NCBI GenBank assembly: GCA_003693705.1
Contig: RBZT01000402.1
Location: forward strand, 1-50,146
Direction of reading: 5' to 3'
Length of the DNA stretch: 50,146 nucleotides
Source of the DNA: Polymyxa betae A26-41
Taxonomy: Eukaryota > Protista > Endomyxa: Phytomyxea
Shown piece after piece: positions 48,466-50,146 of the stretch. Every line of letters starts with the position of its first letter. Position 1 is the first letter of the stretch. The notes beneath the pieces are model-generated. The model worked only from the letters and a program-made list of their open reading frames with translations, was not told where the DNA came from and did not search any database. The translations under genes and the position numbers were made by a program.

Positions 48466-48993
48466 ATGGGCCTCTGTTTGGGGCGCCCACCAGCCCAGAT
48501 CGTCCCAGTTTACAGCGAGGACGAGGCCCGTGCCGAACTGCACCGTCTAATTGCGCGGCTGCCGCCGGCCGAACCGCTGTTCGGCGGTCTGATTCGGCTC
48601 CGAGGCCAGTACGCCGTGTTCAACCCGGGCCCGCTGCCGAACTCGGCCTGGCTCAAGGCGCGCATCCCGATGAACCAGTACGAGGCCGCCGTCCGAGCCG
48701 TCAATGACGGAGCGGTGCGCGGACTCGTCGGACAGGCGAAGGCGGCGCCTGTGCCGGACCGCGTGCGCAGCATGGCCATGGGTGCGAGACTGGCAGTGAC
48801 GGAGCTGAATGCGATTTGGGAGCCTCGGGGCGTGGCGTTCACGTTTCAGCTTGGTCTGGGGCGGCTGTCAGGTGTTGAATGCGGCTTGTCGAAGACGACG
48901 AAGACGGAGACGGGCGTGAACTGTTACCTGTTTATCATGATCGCCGATTGGATCTCATTCACTCCTTCGGACCCCATCATATCAACTGAATAA
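48466..48993 (+). CDS. Erf4/Golgin-A7-like protein with an N-terminal acylation motif
   Basis: MGLCLG start (Gly2, Cys4). LKARIPMNQYEAAVRAVND and LNAIWEPRGVAF resemble Erf4/GOLGA7 blocks. GC-rich single ORF. Confidence 0.6.
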   Translation: MGLCLGRPPAQIVPVYSEDEARAELHRLIARLPPAEPLFGGLIRLRGQYAVFNPGPLPNSAWLKARIPMNQYEAAVRAVNDGAVRGLVGQAKAAPVPDRVRSMAMGARLAVTELNAIWEPRGVAFTFQLGLGRLSGVECGLSKTTKTETGVNCYLFIMIADWISFTPSDPIISTE

Positions 48994-49189
48994 CGTAAAT
49001 GTAGAGCATTCTTGACATCAGACCACTGAGGAGATTTAACAGATTTGGTGGAAATTTCCCACTCTAGAAAAGCGACACTCTCTTCAACGATTTCGGTTAC
49101 ATTGTGTAGTGCCAGACTTGAACTGTAACATATCGGTACCGTCTACGAACGATAATTCCTATCGTGGGCAATAAGATATCAATAGTATT

Positions 49190-50146
49190 TCATTAATAAT
49201 TCGGCAAACTTCCTAATCCTCATTTTATCGAGTTTATCCCAAGTTTTCTAGAGCGGTTTTTGACGGATTTTGCCTCGACCCGAATGACAGCTCTTTTCAT
49301 GGGCTAAAGGGTGACATCCTGCCTCGGATCACAAAGTCGAAGTTCTCTATTGACCTTTATAAACCTTTGGGCTACTGTATGGATCGGATGGTATGAAAGG
49401 TTTGATGGAGAAACCAGCTCCTGGAATGCTGTAGGTTGCGATATGGTCTAACCTACATCGTCATGCTTGATTTTGACAGCACGATCGACCAGCTGTTGGA
49501 GTATTGCCTGATATAGAGCTGGATTTAGCAGTTCGATTGACACTTCGGTCAGATTTTCGCCATTCAAACATCAACGTTGGATCAGAGATCGCATCGATCA
49601 AGTATAAACAGCAAGGCGGTCGCCTGTTGAATTCTTGCGGTGATCCTCGATGTTAGAGACAGAGCCAGGGCCGCAACCGTGCCGCCAAAATGCTATTTTT
49701 AGAAGTTCTCAGAGAGGTTGCGCCGGGCTTCCATCGACTCGAGCTTGTTAACTTCAGATTCCTCAGGTAGTCTGTTTTGTGGGCAGAAAATAGCATTCAG
49801 TTGAGGTTGAGCAGACGGGCAATATTATGGTCAAACGAGTCGAACGAAAAACGAGAGGTTGCTCACCTTGAACTTCGTCGATTTCACAGCTAAGCTGGAC
49901 AGCGACTGCAGTAGCGGATTCATGCCGACGTCTGACAAGCAGTTCATGAGCTGCTGGTCAACGAAATATATTGAGAGGAATCACAAGGACGCATTTGGTT
50001 GCTGATAATCGACGGCGTTCGAGCTGAATAACCAATTCGGACTGACATCAGAGTCGCGCTTTACCAGCCCAGAAGATGTTTTGAAAAACCGTTTCTTAAG
50101 CTCAATGAGCTGAGTATCGATGATGTTGAAGAGAACATTCATGCGT
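49190..50146 (-). pseudogene. Intron-containing decayed gene entering from the right edge
   Basis: RMNVLFNIIDTQLIELKKRF..ASL*FLSIYFVDQQLMNCL..KFK, a gtgagc..acag intron, then one frame with ~8 stops (..LLNPALYQAILQQLVDRAVKIKH..). Confidence 0.55.

Noticed and set aside
49190-50146. Stop-codon reassignment explaining in-frame stops
   Set aside because: All conserved genes in the window read without internal stops and end in TAA/TAG/TGA. Several remnants also carry frameshifts.

Overview
Gene-dense, intron-rich eukaryotic DNA with moderate GC, GT-AG introns of about 45-300 nt, a Pol III tRNA and one 64-N assembly gap. Gene content (MORN protein, NFX1, Ctf8, secreted orphans) and short TTTAGGG/TTAGGG-like motifs fit a parasitic protist, possibly a phytomyxid/plasmodiophorid; this is inference, not an identification. 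Genes I reconstructed by splicing by hand: a MORN protein, a signal-peptide kinase, tRNA-Leu(AAG), an EF-hand-like protein, an M16A insulysin/nardilysin, an NFX1-type Zn finger, a ZIP transporter, a C2H2 factor, a 13-exon secreted orphan, a BTB protein, an M3 peptidase, Ctf8 and an Erf4/GOLGA7-like protein. Between them lie many decayed genes, a LINE RT fragment and a MITE. The top candidate for a novel system is the roughly 1,440-aa gene at 11690-17024. A last exon absent from the ORF track adds a C-terminal transmembrane helix, giving signal peptide / helical domain / kinase / Ser-rich stalk / TM. This predicts an inverted surface ecto-kinase with the kinase outside the cell. Also notable are telomere-like motifs in intergenic DNA near gene starts and a 3-kb domain strongly enriched in GTAAC/GTTAC.
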